A DNA stretch of 60,052 nucleotides, filler included. It is 7 parts of 7 records of this genome, joined end to end, with 100 filler letters (N's around TTAATTAATTAA, not from the genome) between each part and the next. Parts side by side here need not be neighbours in the genome. Positions count along the whole stretch, not along the records: positions 37,331 to 46,220 come from SRR31147125_22990; positions 46,321 to 51,689 come from SRR31147125_22999; 5 more parts are not named here. One strand, given 5' to 3'. Under the pieces are notes generated by a model. That model searched no databases and was not told where the DNA came from. It saw nothing but the letters and a program-made list of their open reading frames with translations. Shown here one piece after another: positions 37,546 through 48,151 of the stretch. Numbering within the stretch: position 1 is the first letter of the stretch; every line of letters starts with the position of its first letter. The translations under genes were made by a program, and so were the position numbers.

Positions 37546-39282
37546 ATGCGATATCAGTTCATGTTAAGATATTGTATTCATAACAGGGAATTTTTTATGA
37601 ATAAAAAACCTATTTCTTCAACTAGACAAGTTTTAATGTATATGATGGCATTTATTGTTCTGTTATTTGCTTTTGCTGTGGCATATACATATTCAACATT
37701 TCAGATAATCAATAGAAAGAATTTTGAAACCAACCATAATACACTAAAGATAGATCAAGTAAAGCTGGAGAATAATTTAAAAACAATAGAGGACTCTATG
37801 GCGAATCTGGTTGCTACGGATACCAGATTTATTCAGCTTACTTATCAAACGCACCAGCTTAATGCTCACTTATATAGTTATGATATTATTCAGCTATATA
37901 AACAATTAATATCAAGTAATAACATTAGCGGGGCAATGTTTATATACAGTGAAAAAAACAATATTTACAGAAGTACCTACGGGAAGACATTAATTGATAT
38001 AAATGAAAAATACAGTATGGATAAATATATTAAAAACTTCTTATATGGAGAGGAAGAGGTTAAAAAGAATGAATGGTTTTTGGTAAATGTCGAAAATAGA
38101 TATTACTTATTTAGAATTATGGGAATGCGTGATACATACAGTGTCTGTGCGGTAGATTTGGCTACATACATTCAAAATGTTACTGACGCTATACTCATAT
38201 TCACATTGGCTGATGGAACCCCACTATCAAGCATAGATTTTATAAATGAAACAGGAATAAAGCTTACTGATAGTACTTCTTACTATATAAGTGGTGAGAA
38301 CACTCAATACTTTATTGTTCAATCCTATTCTGATTATCTGGGGCTGAATATTGTTTATGCTACTGTATATGATAGTATATTGCGCACAATTGAACCGATA
38401 CATTTTTTGATGCTGACTTCGTTGGTTGTGCTGATTATATTGTTGTGGCTTTCGCTTTATTTGACTAATAGACATTTTTTATCACCATTGAATCATATGG
38501 TTGAAACAATGGAACGTATTCAGCATGGCGACCTACAGAAAAAGATGGTTACTTCGTTTAGGAACAAAGAGCTGGTTAAAGTTAGCGAGACATTTAATGA
38601 GACGATGGAACAGATAAATAAATTAAAAATTGATGCCTACGAGAGAGAGATTGAAATAAAAGATGCTCACATGCAATATTTGCAGATACAGATCAGACCA
38701 CATTTTTACATGAATTGTTTGAGCAGCTTGTTCGGAATGGCAGAAACAGGAAAGAACAAACAGTTGCAGGAGACAATACTTGCGCTTTCAAATTATTTGA
38801 GGGGTACGTTTGAAAACAGTAACACAATGAGTTCAATTGAAAATGAAATAATAAATATCGAGAAGTATTTAGACTTTCGGCAGTGGAACGACTCAATATT
38901 TTTCACTTGCAATACTAATATAAATTCTGACATCAAAGATTGCATGATACCAACTTTAACTATTCTTACCTTTATAGAGAATTCCTTTAAACATGCAAAA
39001 ACTGAGATTAAGAGGTTAAAAATCAATATAAATGCAAAAAAGATATATTCAGATGATGGTTTGTATGCTAATATAACCATTATTGATAATGGCAAGGGGT
39101 TTTCAAAAGAGTTACTGAAGATATTAAACGATAAAAAGAAAATACTTACTATGAAGAAAAATATAGGGATTTCTAACGTTGTAAAGAGACTGTCACTTGC
39201 CTATGATAATAGAGGTAGTGTTGTTTTTTCAAATGCAGGCGGGGCATGCGTTGATATCTTTATTCCTTTAGAAGAGGTGTAA
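37546..39282 (+). CDS. YesM-type sensor histidine kinase (start may be 37597)
   Basis: Two TM segments, HAMP, LQIQIRPHFYMN, ENSFKH, DNGKG. Confidence 0.9.
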   Translation: MRYQFMLRYCIHNREFFMNKKPISSTRQVLMYMMAFIVLLFAFAVAYTYSTFQIINRKNFETNHNTLKIDQVKLENNLKTIEDSMANLVATDTRFIQLTYQTHQLNAHLYSYDIIQLYKQLISSNNISGAMFIYSEKNNIYRSTYGKTLIDINEKYSMDKYIKNFLYGEEEVKKNEWFLVNVENRYYLFRIMGMRDTYSVCAVDLATYIQNVTDAILIFTLADGTPLSSIDFINETGIKLTDSTSYYISGENTQYFIVQSYSDYLGLNIVYATVYDSILRTIEPIHFLMLTSLVVLIILLWLSLYLTNRHFLSPLNHMVETMERIQHGDLQKKMVTSFRNKELVKVSETFNETMEQINKLKIDAYEREIEIKDAHMQYLQIQIRPHFYMNCLSSLFGMAETGKNKQLQETILALSNYLRGTFENSNTMSSIENEIINIEKYLDFRQWNDSIFFTCNTNINSDIKDCMIPTLTILTFIENSFKHAKTEIKRLKININAKKIYSDDGLYANITIIDNGKGFSKELLKILNDKKKILTMKKNIGISNVVKRLSLAYDNRGSVVFSNAGGACVDIFIPLEEV

Positions 39283-39285
39283 TAT

Positions 39286-40848
39286 ATGGTAGTTTTAGTT
39301 GTTGACGATCAAACACATATTGTTAACGGACTGATTAATGGTATTGACTGGAAAAAAATTGGTGTATTAAAAACATTAAAGGCTTATAATAGTTATGAAG
39401 CAAAGAAAATAATCTTAGACAATAAAATCGATATATTGATAAGCGATATTGAAATGCCTGTAGAATCAGGGCTTGATCTTTTCCGATGGACAAAAGAAAA
39501 AGGATTTGATATTGAATGTATATTTCTGACCTCGCATGATGATTTTTTTTATACTAAAGACGCAATATCGTTAGGGAGCTTTGATTACATTTTGCAACCG
39601 GCACGATATAGTGTAGTTGAAGACTCGGTAGTTAACGTTATTAGAAAAATCAGAGAAAAATGTAAAGATAAAAAATACTATGAATACGGAAAATTGCTGT
39701 ATGAAGAGAAGGAGTCTGTGACAAGCTGGTTTCTGAATGACTGGTTTAGAGGTGATAATATTGATGATTTAGAGGGGAAACTACATGGATTTAATATTTA
39801 TATAAAGATTGATAGCGCAGTATATTTTGTGATATTGGATATTATTAAAGCGAATGGGTACAAAACTGATCAATTATTACATATTATTACAGAAACGACT
39901 TCGTCTATATTCAAAAACTATGGACAAAATATCTTAATTACGAAGTTAGAAAATGGCGATTATGCATTTCTGGTATATCCTAATGAAAACTTTGAGATTG
40001 ACATGCCAGCGGTTATTCGCCAGTTAAAACTTATAATCAGTACATTGGACAATGGTTCAGGGATAATAGCTGCTTGTTATACAAGTGACAAAACTAGGAT
40101 TTGTGATATAGCAGAACAAGCGTCTAGTGTAAGACAGCTTAAAAATAAAAATGTTGCAAAGCTTCGCAAGGTTTTTTGTGTCAGTGATAAAAAGAATTAT
40201 ATTAATAATATCAAAAAAAATATTAATATGAAGATGATTGAAGAGATGCTTTTTAACGGCAACAGTCAGAGTGTTATTTTGGAAACCGACCGTTTTTTTG
40301 AAAAGATGCGGGAAAATCAGCAGTTAAATGAAATTATATTGAAAATGTTCTATCAGGCGTATACACAAATCCTATCAAAGTTAATGGAAAGGAATGGGAT
40401 GACACTTAATGATATGTTTTCTAATGAAGCGGAACTTGAGCTTGCTTTTTCCTCGTATAACAGCGTTGAGCATATGAAAAAATTCATTTATTTTTCGTCA
40501 AAATATTTTAGAGACAATAGCGAAGTCAAACTAGAAGAAAAAAAGATTAATAAGATTATAAATTATATACGCACCAATATTGATTCCAATATAACTCGAG
40601 AGGAAGTCGCTAAAGCTGTGTATCTAAATCCAAATTATTTGTCAAGATATTTTAAAAATGAGACAGGATTAACCTTTAAGGAATTTGTTATAAATGAAAA
40701 AATGAGAATAGCCAGAAATCTAATTAAGACTACTCAGTTACCAGTGGGAGTTATTGCCGCAAAAGTTGGTTATACCAATTTCTCGTACTTTTCACATTTA
40801 TATAAGCAAGTCTTTGACATTACGCCTAGTCAGCAGAGAAAAAGCTGA
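39286..40848 (+). CDS. YesN-type response regulator (REC + AraC)
   Basis: VVDD, DIEMP..G; C-terminal AraC (YLSRYFK, VGYTNFSYF). Confidence 0.92.
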   Translation: MVVLVVDDQTHIVNGLINGIDWKKIGVLKTLKAYNSYEAKKIILDNKIDILISDIEMPVESGLDLFRWTKEKGFDIECIFLTSHDDFFYTKDAISLGSFDYILQPARYSVVEDSVVNVIRKIREKCKDKKYYEYGKLLYEEKESVTSWFLNDWFRGDNIDDLEGKLHGFNIYIKIDSAVYFVILDIIKANGYKTDQLLHIITETTSSIFKNYGQNILITKLENGDYAFLVYPNENFEIDMPAVIRQLKLIISTLDNGSGIIAACYTSDKTRICDIAEQASSVRQLKNKNVAKLRKVFCVSDKKNYINNIKKNINMKMIEEMLFNGNSQSVILETDRFFEKMRENQQLNEIILKMFYQAYTQILSKLMERNGMTLNDMFSNEAELELAFSSYNSVEHMKKFIYFSSKYFRDNSEVKLEEKKINKIINYIRTNIDSNITREEVAKAVYLNPNYLSRYFKNETGLTFKEFVINEKMRIARNLIKTTQLPVGVIAAKVGYTNFSYFSHLYKQVFDITPSQQRKS

Positions 40849-40993
40849 ATAAGTAACAATTTTAATAATTTCAGATATAATTTTAATAAAATAAATTGTA
40901 AAATGAAATATATGTAACAATAATTACAATAGTTATCACATATGATGCAGAATTCATTTTTTTAAAATAGTAATATATAAAATATAATATTTC

Positions 40994-42535
40994 ATGAAGG
41001 AGGATGACGTAATGAAAAAAAGTCTAGCTATTCTGCTAGTGTTCGTGTTGTCTATAAATTTAATTGCAGCTTTTTCAGGCTGTACAAAAGATGATGATAC
41101 GGAAACTGCAGTAGTATCGACAACAGAAGCTTCTCAAGACGGGGAAACTACAGTAGATCAAGAGCCTTACACAGTAAAGATAATGGTGGCAGGGAATGCG
41201 ACAACAGAAATGTGTGAGGAAGTATCAGCGGCAGCAACAGCAATCGTAAAGGAAAAATATAATACAACTATTGAATTGACAAGACCTGCATATGGTTCTT
41301 TTGAACAGGAACTTACATTGATGCTTTCTTCAAGTGAGAAACTAGATCTGATTCCCAATTTTGCATTTGATGTTATTACGGGAAGTAACAATGGGCAGAT
41401 ATTGGCTTTAGATGATCTTTTAACCGAATACGGTCAGGATATTCTTGCTACAGTTCCTGAAGAAGATTTCAGATGTACAACAGTAAATAAACAAATATTT
41501 GCAGTACCGAATAGCAAAGAAACCGCTATGGGACATGGTTTTGTTATGAGAACCGACATGCTTGAAGCGGTTGGCTACGATATATCTCAAATTAAAACTG
41601 AAGCGGATCTTGAGCCTCTGTTTGCTGCAATTAAGGAAGCTTATCCTGATACCTATCCTTTTGTATCAGATAACGGCGGAATGGGTGCCTTGATGGTGGA
41701 ATTTGATGCACTTGGCGACAATCTGGGTGTTCTTATTAATTGTACTGATTCAAGTAATACAACCATAGTAAATAAATACAGCACTCAGGAATTTACTGAT
41801 AGCGTTAACCTAAGATATGACTGGGCTAATAAAGGGTATATTATACCGGATGCTTCTGCTGGTACAGAAGATGCATTTAGTATTATAGCCTCAGGTAAAG
41901 GCTTTGGTTACTACACAAACATTAAACCAGGAATTGAAGGCGAGTGGACAAGAAAAGTAGGGATGGATATGACAGTTATTGAAATCACATCTGCTTACTC
42001 AACAACATCCGGCGTATCAAATTCATGGTGTATTCCATATACATCAGAAAATCCTGAGCGTGCTATGCAAATATTGAATGAAATGTATTCTAATCCTGAA
42101 TTGGCAAACATTTTAATATATGGTATTGCCGGTAAAACATTTGATGTCATTGACGAGGAAAATGGAATAATCGGATATCCTGAGGGTGTAGATGCATCTA
42201 ATACCTCTTATAGTAGTGATGCTTGGGAATGGCCTAATGAGCTTATTAGCTATAAATGGGAGATTGATGGTAAAGACATCTGGGATGATACTTTAGAATT
42301 CAATCAGAGAGCAATTCAGTCGGTTGCTAAAGGATTTACATGGGATAATACCAATGTATTGAACGAAGTAACTGCTTGTCAGAATGTGTGTGACAAATAT
42401 GTAAATGCACTGATGGCCGGATCTATTGATCCTGAAACTGGTTTAGAAGAACTTGATCAGGAACTTAAAGATGCTGGTATAGATGTAATTATAGCAGAAA
42501 AGCAAAGCCAGTTTGATGCATGGTTAGAAGATTAA
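40994..42535 (+). CDS. Carbohydrate ABC transporter substrate-binding lipoprotein (LplA-like)
   Basis: FSGC lipobox; NPERAMQILN; C-terminal LKDAGIDVIIAEKQSQFDAW. Confidence 0.88.
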   Translation: MKEDDVMKKSLAILLVFVLSINLIAAFSGCTKDDDTETAVVSTTEASQDGETTVDQEPYTVKIMVAGNATTEMCEEVSAAATAIVKEKYNTTIELTRPAYGSFEQELTLMLSSSEKLDLIPNFAFDVITGSNNGQILALDDLLTEYGQDILATVPEEDFRCTTVNKQIFAVPNSKETAMGHGFVMRTDMLEAVGYDISQIKTEADLEPLFAAIKEAYPDTYPFVSDNGGMGALMVEFDALGDNLGVLINCTDSSNTTIVNKYSTQEFTDSVNLRYDWANKGYIIPDASAGTEDAFSIIASGKGFGYYTNIKPGIEGEWTRKVGMDMTVIEITSAYSTTSGVSNSWCIPYTSENPERAMQILNEMYSNPELANILIYGIAGKTFDVIDEENGIIGYPEGVDASNTSYSSDAWEWPNELISYKWEIDGKDIWDDTLEFNQRAIQSVAKGFTWDNTNVLNEVTACQNVCDKYVNALMAGSIDPETGLEELDQELKDAGIDVIIAEKQSQFDAWLED

Positions 42536-42555
42536 CAAACTAAAAAACGATGATT

Positions 42556-42589
42556 TGGTGAGCATGTATTATTTACTATATGCTCACCA
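42556..42589 (+). other. Intergenic stem-loop after the SBP gene (mRNA stabiliser or attenuator)
   Basis: TGGTGAGCAT...ATGCTCACCA, 10-bp stem. Confidence 0.65.
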
Positions 42590-42620
42590 GATAATTTATA
42601 AGATTATTAAATGGAAATGA

Positions 42621-43547
42621 ATGAAATTTATTATGAGAGATAGAAAAAAAATAAAAAAATACTTACCTTTATATATAATGCTACTTCCTGGGCTAGTATA
42701 TTTATTAATAAATAATTATCTGCCAATGTTAGGAACGATTGTTGCGTTTAAAAAATATAATTATCAACTAGGTTTGTTAAAAAGTGAATTTGTGGGATTT
42801 GATAACTTTAAGTTTCTTTTTAAAACAAATGCAGCTTTTACAATAACAAGAAATACTATTCTTTATAATTTAGCATTTATTGTAATTGGTACTTTACTAG
42901 CTATAGTTTTTTCTGTTTTGATTTATGAACTCACATCTAAAGCTGCTAAAAAGACATACCAATCGATTCTTCTTGTTCCGTTTTTGATATCAACGACTAT
43001 TGTTAGTTATTTAACTTTTGGTTTTCTTAGCACTGACTCTGGTTTTATAAATAATTCTATTCTAGAGCCTTTGGGAATAGACGCAGTCTCATGGTATTCA
43101 ACACCAAAATACTGGCCATTTATTATTATTATAATTCGTTTGTGGAAAGACTTAGGTTATACTGCCATTATTTATTATGCTACTCTGATGGGGGTAAAGC
43201 AAAGCCATATTGAGGCTGCATTGATAGATGGAGCAAATCGTTGGCAGAGGATATGGTATATACTTATCCCTAAGTTAAAGCCGACAATTATTATATTGAC
43301 ATTAATGGCTATTGGAAGAATATTCTACTCTGATTTTGGATTATTTTACTTGATACCTCTAAATAGCGGTGAATTAATTGATGTTACTAATACTATTGAT
43401 ACCTATGTATACAGGGGTTTACTAGAGACCAGTAACATTGGCATGGCTTCAGCAGCTGGGATGTATCAGGCAGTTGTTGGCTTTGTATTGGTTCTAATTG
43501 CTAATCATGTGGTTAAGAAAATCAATAAAGAAAACGCACTATTCTAA
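42621..43547 (+). CDS. Carbohydrate ABC transporter permease (LplB-like)
   Basis: VGFDNF, EAALIDGANRWQ, DTYVYR. Confidence 0.9.
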   Translation: MKFIMRDRKKIKKYLPLYIMLLPGLVYLLINNYLPMLGTIVAFKKYNYQLGLLKSEFVGFDNFKFLFKTNAAFTITRNTILYNLAFIVIGTLLAIVFSVLIYELTSKAAKKTYQSILLVPFLISTTIVSYLTFGFLSTDSGFINNSILEPLGIDAVSWYSTPKYWPFIIIIIRLWKDLGYTAIIYYATLMGVKQSHIEAALIDGANRWQRIWYILIPKLKPTIIILTLMAIGRIFYSDFGLFYLIPLNSGELIDVTNTIDTYVYRGLLETSNIGMASAAGMYQAVVGFVLVLIANHVVKKINKENALF

Positions 43548-43565
43548 CTGGAAGGAGAGAAAAAT

Positions 43566-44450
43566 ATGACAGAACAAAACAGAATTTATCAGATTTTATT
43601 AAACCTTTTTCTTATAATAGTGAGTATAGCTATTATTACACCGCTTATATTGTTGATTATATCTTCTATTACCGAAGAATCAGCATTGATATTAAACGGT
43701 TACACAATGATACCTAGCTCTATAGACTTTAGTGCATATAGATATATTTTAACAAATTCTGATAGCATTTTGCGTGGCTATGCAATATCAATATTTGTTG
43801 CTTTATTTGGAACCCTTTTTAATTTGATTTTTACTACACTATATGCATATCCTTTGTACAGGAAGGATTTGCCCTATAGGAATCTATTTGCGTTTATACT
43901 ATTTTTTACAATGCTTTTTAATGGAGGACTAGTGCCGTCATATATTGTATGGACAAAAGTTTTCCATATTAAGAACACAATAGCAGCGTTGATTGTACCA
44001 AATCTTATGATGAATGCCTTCTATGTTATTATGATGCGTACTTATTTTTCTACAAATGTGGATTATCCAATACTTGAGGCAGCGAAGATTGATGGAGCTA
44101 GTGAATTTAAGATTTTAGTTAAAATAATTTTACCGATTGCAGCGCCTATCTTTTCTACTGTAGCGTTGCTGGTCAGTCTAATTTATTGGAATGATTGGAC
44201 GAATGGACTTTATTATATTAATAAAGATAAACTTTATAGTATACAGGTATTACTCTACAGAATGCTGCTGGATACTCAATTTCTTATGAGTTCAGCTAGT
44301 AAGGGGCTTAATATAGACACGAGTACATTACCGTCAACTGCAATAAAGATGGCTGTAGCGGTTATTGGATCACTTCCGGTAATTTTAATATATCCGTTCT
44401 CTCAAAAATATCTTATAAAAGGTATAACAATTGGTTCGGTAAAAGGGTAA
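43566..44450 (+). CDS. Carbohydrate ABC transporter permease (LplC/YtcP-like)
   Basis: MLFNGGLVPSY, EAAKIDGASE, YWNDW, GSVKG. Confidence 0.9.
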   Translation: MTEQNRIYQILLNLFLIIVSIAIITPLILLIISSITEESALILNGYTMIPSSIDFSAYRYILTNSDSILRGYAISIFVALFGTLFNLIFTTLYAYPLYRKDLPYRNLFAFILFFTMLFNGGLVPSYIVWTKVFHIKNTIAALIVPNLMMNAFYVIMMRTYFSTNVDYPILEAAKIDGASEFKILVKIILPIAAPIFSTVALLVSLIYWNDWTNGLYYINKDKLYSIQVLLYRMLLDTQFLMSSASKGLNIDTSTLPSTAIKMAVAVIGSLPVILIYPFSQKYLIKGITIGSVKG

Positions 44451-44460
44451 AGGAGCGTAT

Positions 44461-46095
44461 ATGCAAAAGCATATAATGAAAACATCACAAGATAGAGTAA
44501 AAGGCTTTTTGAGAGCTGACGGAAGAAAAATTGTCAACCAAAATGACGAGGAAATTTTGATTATCGGATGGGGATTCGGTAACTGGCTGCTGCCCGAAGG
44601 ATATATGTGGTTATCCGAAGGCAGCAGGAGGTTTGACAGACCGCGAGGAATGAGAAGCGTTATTAGGGAATTGACAGGGACAGAGTATTCTGAAAAATTC
44701 TGGAAGGAATATGAGAGAAATTATATTACTAAAAAAGATATTGAACATCTGGCGGTACTTGGCTATAATTCTGTCAGACTTCCATTTAACTGGACAGTTC
44801 TAATGCTAGATGAACCAGGAATTATTTTCAATGAAGAAGGTTTCCGCCTGATTGATGAATTTATTTCATGGTGTGAAGAATATAATATATATGTTTTTCT
44901 TGATCTTCATGGTGCGCCGGGGGGGCAAACAGGTTCAAACATTGATGACACTATCGATGATTTTCCCCGATTGTTTACTTCGCAGGATTACGAGGACAAG
45001 GCTATTGCGTTATGGGCTAAATTAGCCGAACGATATAAAGATAAATGGATAGTCGGCGGTTACGATATATTAAATGAGCCGCTTCGACCTGGAGCTCATG
45101 GCCTAAAAGATTGTGAATATCTTGTACCTAAGCTTGTGGAATTCTATGAAAAGGTGATTAAAGCAATCAGAAAGGTAGATAAAAAACACATGTTGTCCAT
45201 TGAGGGGCATCATTGGGCGACTGATAATACAATATTTTATAAACGTTATGACGATAATATGGTTTTGCATTTTCATAGGTATGCTTGCCTGCCTACATTA
45301 GAGAGCTATCAAGATTTTTTAGATACTGCTAAAAGACTGGATATCCCTCTATGGCTTGGTGAGACAGGTGAAAATACAGAGGAGTGGTTCTCGGCAATGT
45401 ATCCGCTTTGCCTTGACCTAGATATCGGCTATAATTTGTGGCCGTGGAAAAAAATGGACTGTGTTAACTCACCGCTGTCCGTAAAAAAACCTATAGGGTG
45501 GGATAAAATTATTGAATATTCAAAAGGCGGTCAGCGCCCAGAATATACTGAAGCACAGACTATATTGGATGAATTTTTGAGTAATATCAAATTTGATAAT
45601 TGCATTAGAAATGATGGCATAGTAAATGCTGCATTTCGTAACGTTCCATGCATTATAAGAGGAACAGATTTTGATGAGCTGCCGGGCAGAGGAGTGTCAT
45701 ATAGTGGTGTTAGAGAGCTTGGAAATAATATTTATGGATATAGAAATAATAGTCATATGATGATTGTTAAAGATAATACCTTTTATGAAAAAAAATTCTT
45801 TTTTGACTGCGGACTGGAACAATATAAGCTTAATTTGAGTGAAAGTGAATTTGCATGCTATACAATTTGTAACGTTGAAAATAGAGACAGTGTTATGCTG
45901 GAGATGGATATATTGGATAATGTTTCTATAGACATTTTGCAGGACAATGAATCTATTTGCGTTATTGAACATGCAGAACAGAAGAATTTAAAAACTCAAA
46001 AAATCACTTTAAAACCTTGTAAAAGTTCAATCATTAAAATAATGGTTATAAAAGGTGAAATTTTGTTATCTCAACTAGATTTTATTAAAGCATAA
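44461..46095 (+). CDS. Glycoside hydrolase family 5, no signal peptide
   Basis: NSVRLPF, DLHGAPGGQ, NEP acid/base, HFHRY, WLGETG nucleophile. Confidence 0.88.
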   Translation: MQKHIMKTSQDRVKGFLRADGRKIVNQNDEEILIIGWGFGNWLLPEGYMWLSEGSRRFDRPRGMRSVIRELTGTEYSEKFWKEYERNYITKKDIEHLAVLGYNSVRLPFNWTVLMLDEPGIIFNEEGFRLIDEFISWCEEYNIYVFLDLHGAPGGQTGSNIDDTIDDFPRLFTSQDYEDKAIALWAKLAERYKDKWIVGGYDILNEPLRPGAHGLKDCEYLVPKLVEFYEKVIKAIRKVDKKHMLSIEGHHWATDNTIFYKRYDDNMVLHFHRYACLPTLESYQDFLDTAKRLDIPLWLGETGENTEEWFSAMYPLCLDLDIGYNLWPWKKMDCVNSPLSVKKPIGWDKIIEYSKGGQRPEYTEAQTILDEFLSNIKFDNCIRNDGIVNAAFRNVPCIIRGTDFDELPGRGVSYSGVRELGNNIYGYRNNSHMMIVKDNTFYEKKFFFDCGLEQYKLNLSESEFACYTICNVENRDSVMLEMDILDNVSIDILQDNESICVIEHAEQKNLKTQKITLKPCKSSIIKIMVIKGEILLSQLDFIKA

Positions 46096-46188
46096 TGAAA
46101 TAAGAATTATCTGATTATCTATTTTGTTTCAAAGTTATACTTAAATTTTGAAGCATGTTCTATTAATAATATCTATTTAATAATTCAT

Positions 46189-46220
46189 TTGATGGGGTTG
46201 TTGAATAATATTATTATTCA
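46189..46220 (+). mobile_element. Probable IS terminus at the right contig end
   Basis: TTGATGGGGTTGTTGAATAATATTATTATT, an inverted match to the left end. Confidence 0.55.
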
Positions 46221-46320
46221 NNNNNNNNNNNNNNNNNNNNNNNNNNNNNNNNNNNNNNNNNNNNTTAATTAATTAANNNNNNNNNNNNNNNNNNNNNNNN
46301 NNNNNNNNNNNNNNNNNNNN
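46221..46320. other. Artificial contig linker
   Basis: N-run + TTAATTAATTAA + N-run. Confidence 0.99.
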
Positions 46321-46398
46321 AAAACCATGTGGGATGAATATCAGCAATCCATTGCGTGGAAAATCGGCGCCCAAAACGACATGGAGGAGGGCGTTCAC

Positions 46399-48151
46399 TA
46401 TGCGTAAATACTTTCAGGATAAATTTGCAATGTCTGAAAAAGGGGCGAAAAACCTCATTATTTCAATCGTTTGGTCGGCAATTATGGATCTCAGCTTCAT
46501 GTTCCCGGTCATCTTCGGTTTTCAATTTTTAGATGAGCACCTGGGGACTCTTCTCAACGCTTCTAATCCCCCGGGAAACAGCGTTCTCTATTATGTGATT
46601 ATGGCTGTAGCCGCTTTGCTGGTCATGTTTATAATTGCCTATTTCCAGTACGACTCTACCTATACCCGGATTTACGAGGAAAGTGCCCGCCGGCGTATCA
46701 GCCTCGCTGAGACGCTGCGAAAGCTGCCGCTTGCATTCTTCGGCAAAAAGGATGTTGCCGACTTAAGCGCGACAATAATGGAGGATGCCACACAGATTGA
46801 GCAGCAGTTCTCCCATGCGGTTCCACAGATTTTTGCGGCGGCCGTGACGATATTTATCATGGGCATCATGATGTTTATTTACAACTGGCAGTTGTCCCTG
46901 GCCGTATTCTGGGTCGTTCCGGTCGCTCTTCTGGTCTTTTATCTGTCGAGAAAGTTCCAAAACAGGATGCACACCCAGCTTTATCACATCAAACGGGATA
47001 TCTCGGATAATATTCAGGAGGGGTTTGACTCTGTCCATGAAATTAAGTCCTACAATCGGGAAGAAGATTATTCGAACACGCTAAACACAAAGCTGGACAA
47101 TTACGAGAAGTATTTGATTAAAGGAGAACTGTTGCTCGGCGCTCTGATCAACTTTTCCTATGTGATTTTAAAGCTCGGTCTGCCCAGCGTCATACTGGCC
47201 GGTGCGTATCTTTTATCCACCGGATCTGTGAGTATATTTGCCTATCTTGTTTTCCTCGTTGTAACGGCACGCATTTATAACCCGATCATGGAGGTTATGG
47301 ACAACCTGGCGCTGCTGCTGTTCCTGGGCGTTCGCATAAAGCGTATGAAAGAGATGGACGCAATGCCGAGACAGGAGGGCAAAACAGAGTTTCACCCGAA
47401 GAACTGCAATATTGAGTTCAGCAACGTGGATTTCTCATATATTCAAGGAGTGCAGACACTCAAAAACGTCAGCTTTACCGCAAAGCAAGGCGACGTGACG
47501 GCGCTTGTAGGGCCTTCGGGTGGCGGAAAAAGCACAGTGGCAAAGCTGTCGGCGCGTTTCTGGGATATTGATAAAGGCATCATCACACTGGGCGGCGAAG
47601 ACATATCTCAGATTGACCCCGAAACCCTGCTGAACTATTATTCAATCGTATTTCAGGATGTGACACTGTTCAATTCCAGCGTAATGGACAACATCCGACT
47701 GGGCAAAAAAGATGCACCGGACGAAGACGTAATAAGGGCTGCGCGGCTAGCGCAGTGCGATGAGTTTGTGAAGAAGCTTCCGCAGGGGTACGACACGCTG
47801 ATCGGAGAAAACGGCGAACGGTTGTCCGGCGGGGAAAGACAGCGCATATCGATAGCCAGAGCAATCCTCAAAGATGCGCCGATTATTCTGCTAGACGAGG
47901 CCACGGCGTCTCTTGACGCGGAAAATGAAAGCAAAATCCAGCGTGCGCTCAGCCAGCTCATTAAAAACAAGACTGTTTTGATCATTGCACACCGCATGAG
48001 AACTGTATCCGGCGCGGATAAGATCGTTGTGATCAAAGACGGCTGCGTTGCGGAAACCGGAACACCTCTGGAATTGACGGGAAAGCAAGGAATCTTTGCG
48101 GCAATGTTAAATACACAATATCAAAGCAGTCACAAAGGTGAATACGTATGA
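46399..48151 (+). CDS. Fused TMD-NBD ABC half-transporter (type IV, YbtPQ/IrtAB-like); second subunit of a pair
   Basis: ATG 46399 after GGAGG; six TM segments; GPSGGGKS, LSGGERQR, LLDEATASLD. Confidence 0.88.
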
